From NCBI GenBank assembly GCA_964106915.2, contig OZ066918.1: DNA of 64,000 bases, one strand, 5' to 3'. Below the pieces are notes generated by a model that made no database searches, had not been told where the DNA came from, and saw only the letters and a list, made by a program, of their open reading frames with translations. This document shows positions 11,334-23,886 of this stretch, piece after piece; positions within the stretch are counted from its first letter, which is position 1, and each line of letters opens with the position of its first letter. Source of the stretch: Podarcis gaigeae (taxonomy: Eukaryota). Made by a program: the position numbers and the translations under genes.

Positions 11334-13798
11334 GTAGGACATTGTCAAATGCTTGAGCTTGGTTTGCTTATTTGTATTGTCCTTCCCCCAAACCTTGACC
11401 AGGTTGCTTTGAGCTGCATTTTCATGCTTGTCAAAGAATGCTTTTATCCTATTTCTTACAAGTGTGGAGTGTGCTGTGTATGCCCAAAACTAAACCCAGA
11501 ATTTGAAGCACCCCTGTTCAGAATACTCAAACATTAGCAGTCTTCCGAAAGAGATATGTTTATATATTGTGTCTGCTTTCAACCTTGGAATAACAAACAG
11601 GATAAGTATTGTGATTGGAGGACAGAACGATTTGGATGTATGCTGGGATCTCAGTTTATAAGAGGATGCAATTGCTTCTGACTTTGAAGATAGCAAAATC
11701 CATGCAACTGATTAGTATTAGCTCTGGCTGCAGCTTTTTAACTCTTCACATTTCCCAACTTAATTTGAAAATGAAGCACTCCATTTAATGCCTTGTGTGC
11801 ACTTTGAAATATAAGTGAACTCAACTTCTCCACTGCAGATCCAGATATTAGATGAAAATGGCCCTCTGAGTAAACAATTTCCATCTGTACTCAAAAGTGT
11901 TATTGCCATGTCCATTTGGACCACTGCATATGCGTACCATGCAGACACAGAAAGCAGTTATATCTAGAACAGAAGCTGGCATCCTGAGAATCTCAGCTGT
12001 TGTGGTTTAACTTTGAAGGCTGTCTTGGTTGTAGAAAACAGTTGGAAAGGAAAGTCAGACAGAGCTTTCAGCGGTCAGATAATCAGGTTTGCTCCACGCA
12101 GCTCTCAGTACTTCATTCTGCCCTACCACTTGGCTCATTCTTCCTCAATCTCTGTGCTCCCCTTCTGTTTCCCTTCCTTCCAAAGGCCTATTGCCATAAA
12201 AAGAACTGCCCTTGTTAACTCTCAGACCTGCTTTATACATCATGCTTGCACATGCAATATTAGTGATGCCCTTCCCATTAAGCAATGTGGTTCATACCCA
12301 TGTGATGCAGCCGTCAAGCAGAAATTTACAAAAATGGGCTCTCACTGGGGTACATGGAATGGTTTCAGAACAAATGGTCTCAAGATAGCCTTCCATACAG
12401 CTGGTGCTATTACAAATCAGTGTGATCAATATGATTAAAATCATGTTTCCTATTTTGAAATCCAGACATTTCTTGAGCAAAAATGCATTCTGGCCAGCTC
12501 AGATAATTAGAACAGACTGGGTTGCATTTCCCTAAGGATGGGATTACAGTCTCTGGAGTTCACAGTCTGGTGTGCTGCTGATTGATGAAGCACTGTCACT
12601 GGAACTGGTAGATCGGCTGCAACCCCTGCTAGATTGTCCAGCCACAATTATTGGTGCTCTGGTAACATTTAGTGTGGACTCGTGAAATGCACTCTGTGTG
12701 ATATATCCTTTGAAGACCTTGGAAACTTCCATTAGTACAAAACACAGCAGCTACAGTGTATTAGCTATGGAGACTGCATCTAACCAGTTCTTAAATAACT
12801 ATAATAGTTACTGCTTCTTTTCTAGGCACATTTGAAAGTGCTGGCTATTGCCTGGATAACTTGGTGTCTGTTACTTAAAGGACTACTCTCTCCCACTTGA
12901 TTCTACCCAAAATGCAAGGTCTTCCCTCAAGGCCTTTGTTTGGATCCCACAACCATCTGACCTTGTATTTACAATGTCTTTATTGGACTAGCTACCCCAC
13001 CACTCATTATAAAGTGTTTTTGGCAGCAAATTCCTTTGCTTATTTCCCAGGCATTTCGGTGTGTTGAATAGCTGATTTAAATTGCATTTTGATGTCTGGT
13101 TTGGGTTTTTTGGGATGGATGCTGCTGTTTACATTGTTTTGATGTTGAATTTTTGTGTTGTTTTTGTTTGTTCTTTTAACTGCACACAGCCTTTGGGGCG
13201 TAAGCCAAAGGTGGCTCATAAAAAGATCAAAATGAATTTGTTTGCAACTGAATGCTGCTTTTATGTAATGCAAAGGCACAACTCAAAATGTTTGGCCATT
13301 CAGCCCACAGACCCTTTTGTACTATGGAGTGATCTCTCCTTATAGCTGAAGCATCAGCAATGTAGTTAGCCACTAGGGCACCTGGGGCGGCATGCGTGCC
13401 TGCACCCAGGGGCAAGGGAAGCCACCCACTGGGTGGGGTTTAGCCGGGGCAGGCCGCCGCCTCTCCCTCATCTGTAGGGCGGCTGAGGGGGGAGGCAGCA
13501 GGTGGCTGCAAGCTCCACACTGCCATTTCAGGAGTGCGGAGCCTGCAGATGCATCAGCCACCATGTCACTCCCAGGAGAAATGCATGGCTTGGACGCACT
13601 GCAGGCCCTGCGGTAAGTGTGGCATATGGTTCAAGTGGTTTCCCCGCTTCTTTTCCAGGGAAAACTTGCTCTTTAGCTCTAAGTTGAGCAAACATCTATC
13701 TGGAAAAAGCCTGAATTGCTCGTTAGCTCAAAGTGGGACAAGAGGAAGTGTGCTAAGCTTGGATTGCAACAGGTGGCCAGAACTTTCCTGAAACTAGG

Positions 13799-14241
13799 TG
13801 TCAGGGAACTGCCATCAGCTCAGAGGCAAGAGGTGGAAGGGCAGTTGGGTTACAGGGAGTCTCCAAAGATTGTGAGAAGCAGCACTTCCTTCACGGAGGA
13901 GGAAAGCCACGCCTCCAGTGGGGAAGGGGTGCAGGGCTCGGAGTATGCAAGGGAGAGACACAGCACCGAGCGTGAACAAAGCGCAGGTCCCTCTCTGCCC
14001 ACGCCCTCTTTGCGCAGTCGGTTTACACGCAGAGAAGGGAGTCGTAGGGTGGGGGTCAAAAGACTACTCTGCTGGGGAAAGTTTAAGGACCGCCCACTCC
14101 CAGATTCTGCTAGTGAGTGAGCAGACATGGAATTAAGTCGATCTGCATTGTGAACGTTTTGGACAGATAATAAAGCCTTGAAAAGACCAATGGGGAGTCT
14201 TGCCTGTTTGCTCTCGAGCAACCATGCCGACACACATAACA
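13799..14241 (+). mobile_element. Solo LTR, 443 bp
   Basis: TGT...ACA termini; 5-bp TSD CTAGG at 13794-13798 and 14242-14246; AATAAA at 14169; starts TGTCAGGGAACTGCCATCAG like the copy at 63297. Confidence 0.88.
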
Positions 14242-14872
14242 CTAGGGATGATAATGGTGTTTCTGTGTTAGATAACTGAAGTGGGAACACCCATATTGTT
14301 TGTTTTATCGAGCTTAGGTACTTGGGCATAAAACAAGGGTATAAGCCATCCATATGGGCACTGTAGATGATCTTGGACATATACTGGATTGCATCACCTT
14401 GATTCTGGTACCTGTGACGCACCTGCCAGTTCCTGGCCCCCAATATCAAACCATCAGATAAATGATTGTCCTGTGAAGATGGTTTCTTCACAAGATGTTT
14501 GTGAAATACAGCCTTTCAAAACTGGAAAGTTCATTAGAAAGTGATTAGTTTTGAGAGATTGTTTCATTTTAAACCATGTTCTTTGAAAGAGATAAACTTC
14601 TTGTAGCCAGAACTTTTTTAAAAAAGAAAACCAACCTATATATATATGGGTGTGTGTAAAAGAAAATGGACACATGGCCATGCTGTGATATAGAATCAAA
14701 AGGCAAACAATGGTTCTTCAGAAGGAAAACTAGCAAAGGAACAGGAATAAAACTGTAGACATACTTGCCATGTTGTGTCCATAGATAGATTTACTGTCAT
14801 TCAGCTGATCCTAGTGCAGATTAAACCAATAATTGCAGCAGGTATCCAACCATGTGTATATTTCACCAACAG

Positions 14873-14926
14873 GGCGAGAAAGGAAAACCTGGTGATCCGG
14901 GACCTCCTGGAACCGTAGGACAAAAG
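14873..14926 (+). CDS. COL13A1: Collagen XIII exon GEKGKPGDPGPPGTVGQK
   Basis: cag|GGC...AAG|gtttgt, 54 bp. Confidence 0.92.
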
Positions 14927-15291
14927 GTTTGTTTTGTAACCTGGGAAAGGGATGTGGTAACAGGTATATTTTCTTTATTTGCTTGCACAGAAACATTCAG
15001 GAAACAGGGCACCTCCAAGTATGCATCTTTATGCTTCCATAAAAACAGCAAATAATCTGACTTGAGAAAAATATTTCACTGGTCAGATCTTTGTACATTT
15101 GTTTTTTAAAAACGTTTATAGGCCACACTTTCATATGAAATATCCACAGACTGAAAACACACTATTACAGTAAAAACGTCAACACATCAGTGATAGCTGG
15201 TTGGCAAAGGATTTCAGAAAGGATTTCAAAGACCTGTTTGAATAATTCAGTGGTTGTTTTTTTCCAGAAGATCCCTAAAAGCAAACTTCTA

Positions 15292-15521
15292 CAGTGGTAC
15301 CTCGGTTTAAGAACAGCCCTGTTTACAAACTATTCGGTTTACGAACTCTGAAAAACTGGAAGTAGTGTCCCAGTTTGTAAAATTAACCTCGGTCTAAGAA
15401 TGGTGGAAGGGCACTGGCGGCGGGAGGCCTCATTAGGGAAAGTGTGCCTAGGTTTAAGAATGGTTTTGGTTTAAGAATGGACTTCCAGAACGGATTAAGT
15501 TTGTAAACCAAGGTAGCACTG
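15292..15521. mobile_element. Tc1/mariner (Tigger/pogo-like) MITE
   Basis: TA|CAGTGGTACCTCGGTTTA ... TAAACCAAGGTAGCACTG|TA terminal inverted repeats with TA TSD. Confidence 0.85.
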
Positions 15522-15946
15522 TATTGGCATGCAGTTCCAAGGAAACCAACCACATTAAGGGCTTGGAAAGGCGGGCCAAATCTCAGAGGCATGTGGGACC
15601 ACCAACAGTGGCCCATCAGAAGAGCTACATCTTAGTCAGCGTTCCAGACCCAATGAACGTGATTAATACTCATTGATCTGTTTTGCTCCCTCCCCCATTC
15701 GGTTTTATATTTCCTAAATACTGGTTGGCTTCACCAGATCCATAGGTTTCTCCTCCTTCTGTGTGGATGGTGCTGGTTTTGCTAACTGGTTTCACAATTA
15801 GTATATGTAATGTCAGCAGTCAACTGACTAAGGGGTATTAGCAGCAATACATTCTCATTTATCACTTCCTCCCCTTCACTCGTTCAGAAAAAGCCTTGTT
15901 ATAGAAATACAGGCATTTGACCACTGTTGTTTATTTGTATATCTAG

Positions 15947-16033
15947 GGAGATAAGGGAGATTCTGACAATGCACTTGCAGGAGGTAAAGGGGAACCTGGA
16001 CCCCCTGGTTTACCTGGACCTCCAGGACCAAAG
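15947..16033 (+). CDS. COL13A1: Collagen XIII exon [29 protein letters not shown]
   Basis: tag|GGA...AAG|gtgagt, 87 bp; corresponds to [29 protein letters not shown]. Confidence 0.95.
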
Positions 16034-16735
16034 GTGAGTAAATTCTCCTTGCTCTTTTATATACATACTGTGGGCTACATCTGTGTTTGGGTTGCTCACC
16101 AGCTCCACCTACTTCCCAATCCCTGGAGACTTTGCCAACCCTCTTATATTCCCCACCACACAAGAAAAAGCCCCTGACTCCTTACAGTTCAACAAAGCCC
16201 CTTTTCCTTGCAGCTCACTACCCACCCCTCCTTACACTGCAGGAGCGGCCCTTGAAGAGGGTAAGGGGAGTGGCAGGTGGCAGTGGCAGCAAAACAGGAC
16301 TACGGAGCAATTGCTGGGGAGCTGCACCAGTCTGTACTGAATGTTCCTCTGTGGCTCACCTGCCCACCTGGGCCACTTCTTCCCTCCACCTTGCCCTCTT
16401 CCACTAAGGGGTGGTTTGTGTGTTTTTGGCAAGCTGTCAACCCAATGTAGTTTGCAGCGCCACCTGTCCTTGGCCAGATGAACCACAGCTTGATAACATC
16501 TTTAAGCAAATATAGTAGAGAAAGATATGCTTACTGAAGACTATACCAGAGTGGGTTAGAATCTGACTATATGTGCACTTATAACTGCACTACGCGGTTT
16601 TTCTGTGAAGCACGTCCTTTTCTTTGGGGCTTTCTATTCAAGATACTCGAATACTTAGAGATACTTTCAAGCACTGAAGTATCTCTAATCTAGATAGAAA
16701 CTCTGGTTTCTAACCACCTGTGTACTATTTTTCAG

Positions 16736-16804
16736 GGTCCCAAGGGTGAACCAGGAAAGAATGAAATGGTAGATTACAATGGCAATATCAATGAAGCTTT
16801 ACAG
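16736..16804 (+). CDS. COL13A1: Collagen XIII exon [23 protein letters not shown] (end of COL2, start of NC3)
   Basis: cag|GGT...CAG|gtaata, 69 bp; [14 protein letters not shown] is diagnostic of COL13A1. Confidence 0.97.
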
Positions 16805-16897
16805 GTAATATGTTTGTTTTATGGTGGGGTTTTTTTTTTGAAGAGTAACAGGTTGTTTCATGCTGATTTAGCTGCAACAAGTGATCATCTCATATAG

Positions 16898-17087
16898 CAG
16901 GCATGTCCAAAGTCTGTTTCGGGGGCCTAATCTGGTCCGCCAGTCGATTTAATCCGGGCCCCGGGTAAAATCCTAAAAAAAAGCTCAGCAACTTCAATCC
17001 TATAAAAAGCTCAACAACTGTGGTCAGCCCTCATGCATGTTTACTTCATCAAATCTGGCCCTCTTTGAAAAAAGTTTGGTCACCCTG
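16898..17087. mobile_element. hAT-type MITE
   Basis: CAGGCATGTCCAAA ... TTTGGTCACCCTG termini; 8-bp TSD TCATATAG/TCATACAG (7/8 match). Confidence 0.75.
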
Positions 17088-19464
17088 TCATACAGTTAAT
17101 TGCTACCTCTGTAGAAGTTATAGTATGGAGACTTGGGTATTATATTTATGTATACAAATTATTGTAATCACAGCCAGTGATTGAGCAGCACTGGATCATG
17201 ATGTGGAGATCATTCATGTTTAGGACTACTCAGATTTTAGAATGTGCAGGGGATTCTGGTGAAGTCACCTATTGAAGATCGTAGGATTAGTTTGCAATCT
17301 CCTTGTTCCACTGCATGCAAAACAGCATCTTTTACCTAAAATAGATCAGCAGAAGTGTGGCATTCCTCTGGAATATGCATAAAGAATCCCAACCACTGCA
17401 TGAACAGAAGTCCTACTTTGGGGAGTGTAAGCAAACTCCAACTCACTGGACAAAGCTGAAGGGCCTAGTATGGCACGCAAAAACATTATGCCTTGGAAAA
17501 AGATAATGCACCCACCATGAACCAATAATAAGATTTTTGAGTGACATTTAGACTTTACGGTGAAGCGGGCTTCAGTATAAAATCATTGAGATGTCCACTA
17601 AGGGCCAAACTACATGTGGCACTAAACACCATACTGTATTAGTAGGTCTAGCTTATTTTGGATTTTCTTTTGATGTTCGGAGCTGATATCCATACCTTAA
17701 CACTGTTGGTAAATTTCAAGCCAAAATATACATGATGCTAAACAGGTCACTACGAGTTTTGTGAATCTTTTTAAATACCAGGCATGAGAGGCCCTGAACA
17801 AAATCAGAACTGTGGCTCATAGAGAGAGTTTTTATTCCCCTGCCATGATTCCAATTAAAATCACCCCCGCAGTTGCTGTTAACCCCAGGAGCAAAACTTC
17901 CATTCCTATGTGGAGGTAATTCTCTTTGAAACCATGATGGGATAGAACAGGTTATTCTCTTGGGCCTGTGGAGCTAATGTCAGTGATAGGGAACCAACAT
18001 TTGCTTATTTAGTTTTTAAAAGATTGGTTTAAATTGTAGTGATGCATTTAGCATCACAGTTTTTTTTGGCCCTAAGCTTACGGACATCACAAGGAATGTT
18101 TAGGAAGCTATGGATCTTGGTCCTTTTCTAAAAATATGCCAGACCTACATCTCTGAATGCAAGATATGGAGATGACCAAAGACTGTCTGAATCTCCAAGA
18201 CCACAGAATATCTGAGTCGAAGGAGGGACAAGACATTGTCCGTTTCTCACATCTAATATCTGAGAAGGTCTGCTTAGCTCCAGCAAGATGTTAGTCTCAT
18301 TTGCCTTCAGACTGTACACTGCGGTGCTATTCAGCATGTCTCTCAGTATTCTTACTTCTGCACTCCATGATCCCTTTTATACCCTACCAATAGGCTGTCA
18401 GCTAGGACAAAGAGGACATTAATTCAAAGTGCAATGTTATATAATATGCCTGAATAGCTCTTGCCAGCAGATCACTTTTTGCAAGAGTTGTACAGACATA
18501 GCAGTAGTAATAAGATAGTTCCCCACCTGCCAGATTAATACTGCAGATGTTTCAGATTTGTTACCTAGCTACAACAGATGTTTATAAACCCATTAGGCAG
18601 TAGGAATCAGTAAAGAACTTCTTGCAATACTTATATTTTGAATAAGAGCTTAACTCTCTGAAATGGGTTTTTTCCCCCTAATGAAGATTTCTTGTCTGCT
18701 TAATAAATTCCATTTTGTACCTCATATTAACCTCTCCTTTTCTGGTCTTTACCATGGGAGTTCAAGCTATTTCTGTGCACCAGAAATAGGCAAGTAAACT
18801 GATGGCTTCAATGCAGCCTGATGATTGATGATGGGTGGGAGCAATGTACACTAATCAGTAGTATGGCTGTCTAAAGTATTGAACTATAAAATGACCACTT
18901 GAAGGGCTGTAGGAACCAGGTCTATAGTGTATGTACAAGGAGAGCTGTATGGAAATTGCTTGTTTGGGGAGAAATGGTTTTGAATTTCAAGGTACTGAAG
19001 TAGTGCTTGTTTCAAATTAGGAATGCCAACTTGGATGCTTTCTTCTATGCATCTGTAACGGCTGATCAACTTGGACATTCGTAAACATATAGGGTGGTAT
19101 ATCCAGTTGTGGTGCCCTGCTTGTGCACTGAGTTCCACTTCTGTAAACAGGATTCCCTGTTCCCATTGATGCCCCTCTTCATCTGATTCAGAGGGCTGGG
19201 AGGCCCTCTGCAAGGAGGGGAGGGGAAGAGGAAGTCTTTTGCTGGGTTGAATCTTGCCCATATTATGAAGATGCTGTAAAGCTGCTGTTCTCCCTAAAGA
19301 AAAATTACAGTGCAAAAACTATTTTGAAATTCCAGAATGGAAATAAAACCTACATAACATTTCATGCAACGTGTGGTTAATTGTTTAAGCATTTGTTTGG
19401 AGGTGAAAGGAAGAGAGTTGCTTCAAGAAGAAACTTTAATATATATATTTTTTGTTTTTTCCAG

Positions 19465-19488
19465 GAGATACGAACCTTGGCTCTTATG
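19465..19488 (+). CDS. COL13A1: Collagen XIII NC3 micro-exon EIRTLALM
   Basis: cag|GAG...ATG|gtgagt, 24 bp; identical to the recalled COL13A1 NC3 peptide. Confidence 0.96.
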
Positions 19489-19830
19489 GTGAGTCACCTT
19501 TCCTCCTATATGCAGTGGGGTTTATAAACAAAGTTCTGTTACATAAAAGGGGTAGAATCAGCAACCGGTGGAAGATGCCTAGGAGGTCATCAGGTCCAAC
19601 CAGTGCGCAGGATCAGCAAAGCAAGATGCTGCTGCAGCATCTCTGGCAGATGGCTGCCCATCACCCTCTGCTTAAGTACCACAAGCAAAGGAAGAGCCCA
19701 CCACTGCCCAAGCCAGCCTGGTTCACTGTCAAAGAGCTCTTAGCATTAAGAAGTATCTACTTTTGCAATGTTTTCATTTTTAAAGGAAGAAAGCAAGTTA
19801 TTTTGTAAGCATGAGTTTTTCTTTCATCAG

Positions 19831-19884
19831 GGACCTCCTGGACTACCTGGTGTCGCAGGTCCTCCAGGACTACCTGGACAGAAG
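19831..19884 (+). CDS. COL13A1: Collagen XIII exon GPPGLPGVAGPPGLPGQK (start of COL3)
   Basis: cag|GGA...AAG|gtaaga, 54 bp. Confidence 0.94.
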
Positions 19885-21578
19885 GTAAGAGTCACAATCT
19901 GAGAATCCTTAAAAATGACTAGGGCATGATCTAGAAAAAAACAAAACAAAAACACCTTAAGGCCCATAAGGTTTCAATGCAATAGATGCCTACACATGTT
20001 TCTTTCTCTCATTTAAATTCAAAAATGCTGAACTTGTGATTATGCTCCAAGCTTACTAATAATTAGGACCTTGCAATGCAATCCTATATTTGTTGTTGTT
20101 TAGTCCTTTGTGTCCGACTCTTCATGACTCGGACACAACTAAGCAACTAAAGAACAACAAATATAGGATCTACTCATAAACAAGCCCTGTTCAATGGAAC
20201 TTACTCCTGGGTAACTGAAAAAGATTGTGTATAAGCATGAATGTACTACATGACCAGTAGAGTTATTTTCCCTGTGTATCCTCATCACTCCATAATGAAA
20301 AGGCAGCTGTAAACATTTCTTCCTACTCATTATATCTCACATTTTATAACTGCAGAATAATAAAACCTAGTTTTAGTGGTGGTGCTGTGCATTCCATTAC
20401 TAAGGGGAAATGTTCTATAAATGAAAGTATGCCTGGATAATGTCTGAGACAAGAAACTTCTTTTTCAGTCACCTTGTTTTAGTCAACTGCACTCTAAAGA
20501 CTTTTCTGCACATTACATACATTTTACCCCCTGATTGCTATACCTGAAGCAAGTGCATGTTAGGTACAAGTCAGATAGATGACACACCTGGTTCTAAATT
20601 AATTTACCACAGACAATTTGCTTTTTAAAAAATAAATGTATGTCCATCCTTAAGCATAATTTAAAACCTGGTTTTGTGTCTGATGATTGTGCTGCATCTA
20701 TGCTATGGCAAGGAATTACTTCATTCTCAGTGGCCATAAAGGAAACATAACACAAACCTGGGGGATGAATTTCAATTGTGTGTATAGTGGACGCTAGGTA
20801 CATACACACTATGAAATACATTCAAAGCACATTTACCCCCTCAAGGAATTTAGGGGTAAACTACAGCACCCAGAATTCTTTGAGGGAAAGTAGTATGTAC
20901 ACAGGCATCAGCACAGCTGGGGGAACAGGCTGCATTTTCCCCTGATATTCCCATCTTGGAAAACCTTTTCCCCAAGCTTGGCTCTTGTGTGAATCCCTCT
21001 GTGGTGTGGGAGTTCTAGGGCACTGCTATTGTCAAGTGAATAGGACTGCCAGGTTATTGGATGGAAATATCCCAGCCCAAGCAGAAGACAACCCAGGCTT
21101 CCCCACAAGTTCCCCTCTTAGTGTTGCCCATCCTCCCAACCTCCCTCCTGTTCTCCACTTGTCGTAATAAGCAGACTCTAGATCTACTGCAAGAAATACA
21201 GGTGCCAGAAAAGAGTGGAACAAGCGTAAGTGCTCATGGCTCCTTCATGCTCCCTGCATTAGGGAATTTTAATGTGCAGTGTAGATTTCCAGGTTGCAGT
21301 CTCACAATGTTCTGTAGCCACTGACTATGCTCAATCCTCATTGGATTGTTTGGTATTTTCCCGCACCTTAAGGTTTGTATCTAAAGGTTTTTATTATTAT
21401 TATTATGCAACCCTTGGAACTCCCCCACCAAGCCTGCTGATACCACTCTCTTTTGCCTGGAATTTGCCATGCACCTGGAGAGTGAAGTTTGCTGTAATTG
21501 CCTATGATTCCTCTACCTGCAGAGTTGTTTTTTGTCGCTTCCCATGCTTAACACATAAAGAGGTGAAATAGCCCTTCA

Positions 21579-21581
21579 TAT

Positions 21582-21628
<47 letters not shown>
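21579..21628. repeat. (TTTA)n microsatellite just upstream of an acceptor
   Basis: About 12 units. Confidence 0.95.
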
Positions 21629-21629
<1 letters not shown>

Positions 21630-21659
21630 AAAAAATCTCCATTGGTTTCTGCATCTTAG

Positions 21660-21704
21660 GGTGAAATTGGCCTGCCTGGTCCTCCCGGACATGATGGAGA
21701 AAAG
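21660..21704 (+). CDS. COL13A1: Collagen XIII exon GEIGLPGPPGHDGEK
   Basis: tag|GGT...AAG|gtaagg, 45 bp; identical to the recalled human peptide. Confidence 0.96.
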
Positions 21705-22397
21705 GTAAGGGCTAGGTAATGAGAGTGTATTAATTTGGCTGGCCTTTCAAGCACGAAAATAGATGGGTCACAGTTTCAAATGACTGAAGGTGAGATTATC
21801 TGCCCTCTAAAACTGGAATTACTATAAAAGGCACTGATGATGATCTTGATTTAAACTGTTTCCATAAAACAATAATGCTTTTGGTGGCTCCATTTGCCAA
21901 GTGCTTGCCCTGATCTATGGCAGCTGTTGAGTACATACCTGCCATTAGCCATATGATATCAGAACTTCCAGATTGTATGTTTTACCAAACTGGGCCTGGA
22001 GACTTCAACACCTGACTGAATTGTCATAAGGCAAGATGCTGCCTTATCTTTCCTCCTGATGGGTCTACCTCTTTCTTCACAAGTTAAATACACAAATGTT
22101 CTTCTCAATGAACTCAACTTTGCATGCAGAAATCCTAATTCTACACACATTTATCGTGAAGTAAGTTTGGAACGCCTCTCTGTTTAGCATAGCTTTCTAT
22201 AGGACTAAGATGGTGAAAGACTGAGAACTTTAAATGTGTTTTAATGTGTGTGTGTTTTCTAAGATGAGATTCACAGTAATTTGCAGTGGTGTGGAAGGAG
22301 CAGAGCGATGGACTTACATATATCCCCTCCATCCTGTGCAGACACACATTTTCACACAGCCCTTCCCCCTACACACACACACACACACACACACACA

Positions 22398-22527
22398 AGC
22401 ATGAAACTCTTAATCTCAGGGTCATGGGTTCAAGCCCCATATTGGTCAAAAGATTCCTGCATTGCAATGGGTCAGACTAGATGACCCTCATGGTTCCTTC
22501 CAAGTCTACAATTCTATGATTCTATGA
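22398..22527 (+). mobile_element. 5'-truncated SINE with tRNA-Lys(CTT)-like head and CR1 tail
   Basis: AGCATGAAACTCTTAATCTCAGGGTCATGGGTTCAAGCCCCA (tRNA-Lys-like), then a CR1 tail ending ATTCTATGATTCTATGA; preceded by (CA)n. Confidence 0.82.
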
Positions 22528-23097
22528 ACTTCAGGGTCACACTCATATAAATGGGATGTCATAATGGGGTGAAATCCTCCCATATTATTTTTTGTGCACC
22601 TTTGGACAAATGCCCTCAAGGTGGCCTACAAGGACAATCCATATAAGACACAACAATAAAAACCACAACAAATGAACAGCAAGATTTATTGTTTATAATT
22701 TGTTGTGTATTGTTTTACTGATTTTTCTGTTAGCCACTTAGAGCTCATTTGAAAGATACTCTGGGTTATAAACGTTCTTCAATTACACTCTTTATTATAT
22801 TACATCTGCCACTGCTTCTACCGAATCAATCCATCTGCACTGCATTCCCAGGACCTTTGCCTAGTGGGCTGTTGACTAGGGACATGTCAAGAAACACATT
22901 AGAGAGAGGAATGTGCTAAAGTTCTGTGAGTAAAAGCCACAAAGGGTGTTGTCTATAGCTGCTTGCTAGCACTGAGTTCAGCGCCCTTAGTACTTGGGTC
23001 TCAATATGTTTCCACTCTGATAATGCCAGCAGCGCACTCATGTTTTTCTATTGCATTGTATAGTATTTAAAAATAAATATTTTTTCTTCTTCTGTAG

Positions 23098-23187
23098 GGT
23101 CTTGATGGCTTAGCTGGAGAAAAAGGTGATCAGGGGATGCCAGGACCTCTAGGCCTAACAGGTCCAATCGGACTTCCAGGATTAACA
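23098..23187 (+). CDS. COL13A1: Collagen XIII exon GLDGLAGEKGDQGMPGPLGLTGPIGLPGLT
   Basis: tag|GGT...ACA|gtaagc, 90 bp of perfect Gly-X-Y. Confidence 0.9.
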
Positions 23188-23841
23188 GTAAGCTATCCAA
23201 AGAATTAGATCATCCCCCCAAAAAACCCACTTCTGTGGGGAGAGTCAAGCACTACAAAACACTGCCTTGAATTCTTTCTCAGCTGAAGCTGAGCTAATGG
23301 TTGCTCACCTGAGGCTCCGCAGTAAGTTTGTGAAGGAGGTGAGATTTAAAGCAGGAACTACCACTACCACAGTTCTCTATACTATAGCACCATAGTGCTG
23401 CTTGCTTGAGAAAAAGGCTTGTCAGAACCACCTACTTTTGAAATCGATTATGTTTGAACAAAGAGGGGGGAAAGTGGAAGCATCTATGCCTCAGATAAAA
23501 CAGGTTCCAATCAGTTGTGTGCAGGGAGGGCACAATTTCTAGAAATATGCAATGTGTGTTTCTTAAAAGTTTGGCCATTTTATTTCCTTTCTGAACATAC
23601 TTTGCCAGCTTAAGACATTATCTAAATTTGTTAGAATGGTGCCCAGCTATTTTGACAAAGATCAAGATAGGTAGCACAGCTAATTCAGGCACACTGGAGG
23701 GGTGCAAAATGATGACTGCAGTTCTTCTTCTCTAATGGATGTCTTCATCTGAATGTTAAGCCATCTGAATGCTCTTAATACTGTAAAGAAATAAAAATCA
23801 TACCAGTGCTTGGGTTTATGCTATACTTGCTGCATTTGCAG

Positions 23842-23886
23842 GGAGAGAAAGGAGAACCTGGCGCAAAAGGAGACACTGGAGATTCA
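23842..23886 (+). CDS. COL13A1: Collagen XIII exon GEKGEPGAKGDTGDS
   Basis: cag|GGA...TCA|gtaagt, 45 bp. Confidence 0.93.

Noticed and set aside
13358-13620. GC-rich patch resembling a small CpG island or exon
   Set aside because: Looks like a decayed GC-rich DNA-transposon fragment; no clear TIR/TSD or collagen frame, so no call was made.
16243-16260. 18-nt ag/gt-bounded candidate exon (ERPLKR)
   Set aside because: Not Gly-X-Y and not recognisably homologous to the missing mammalian exons; likely chance splice-like motifs.
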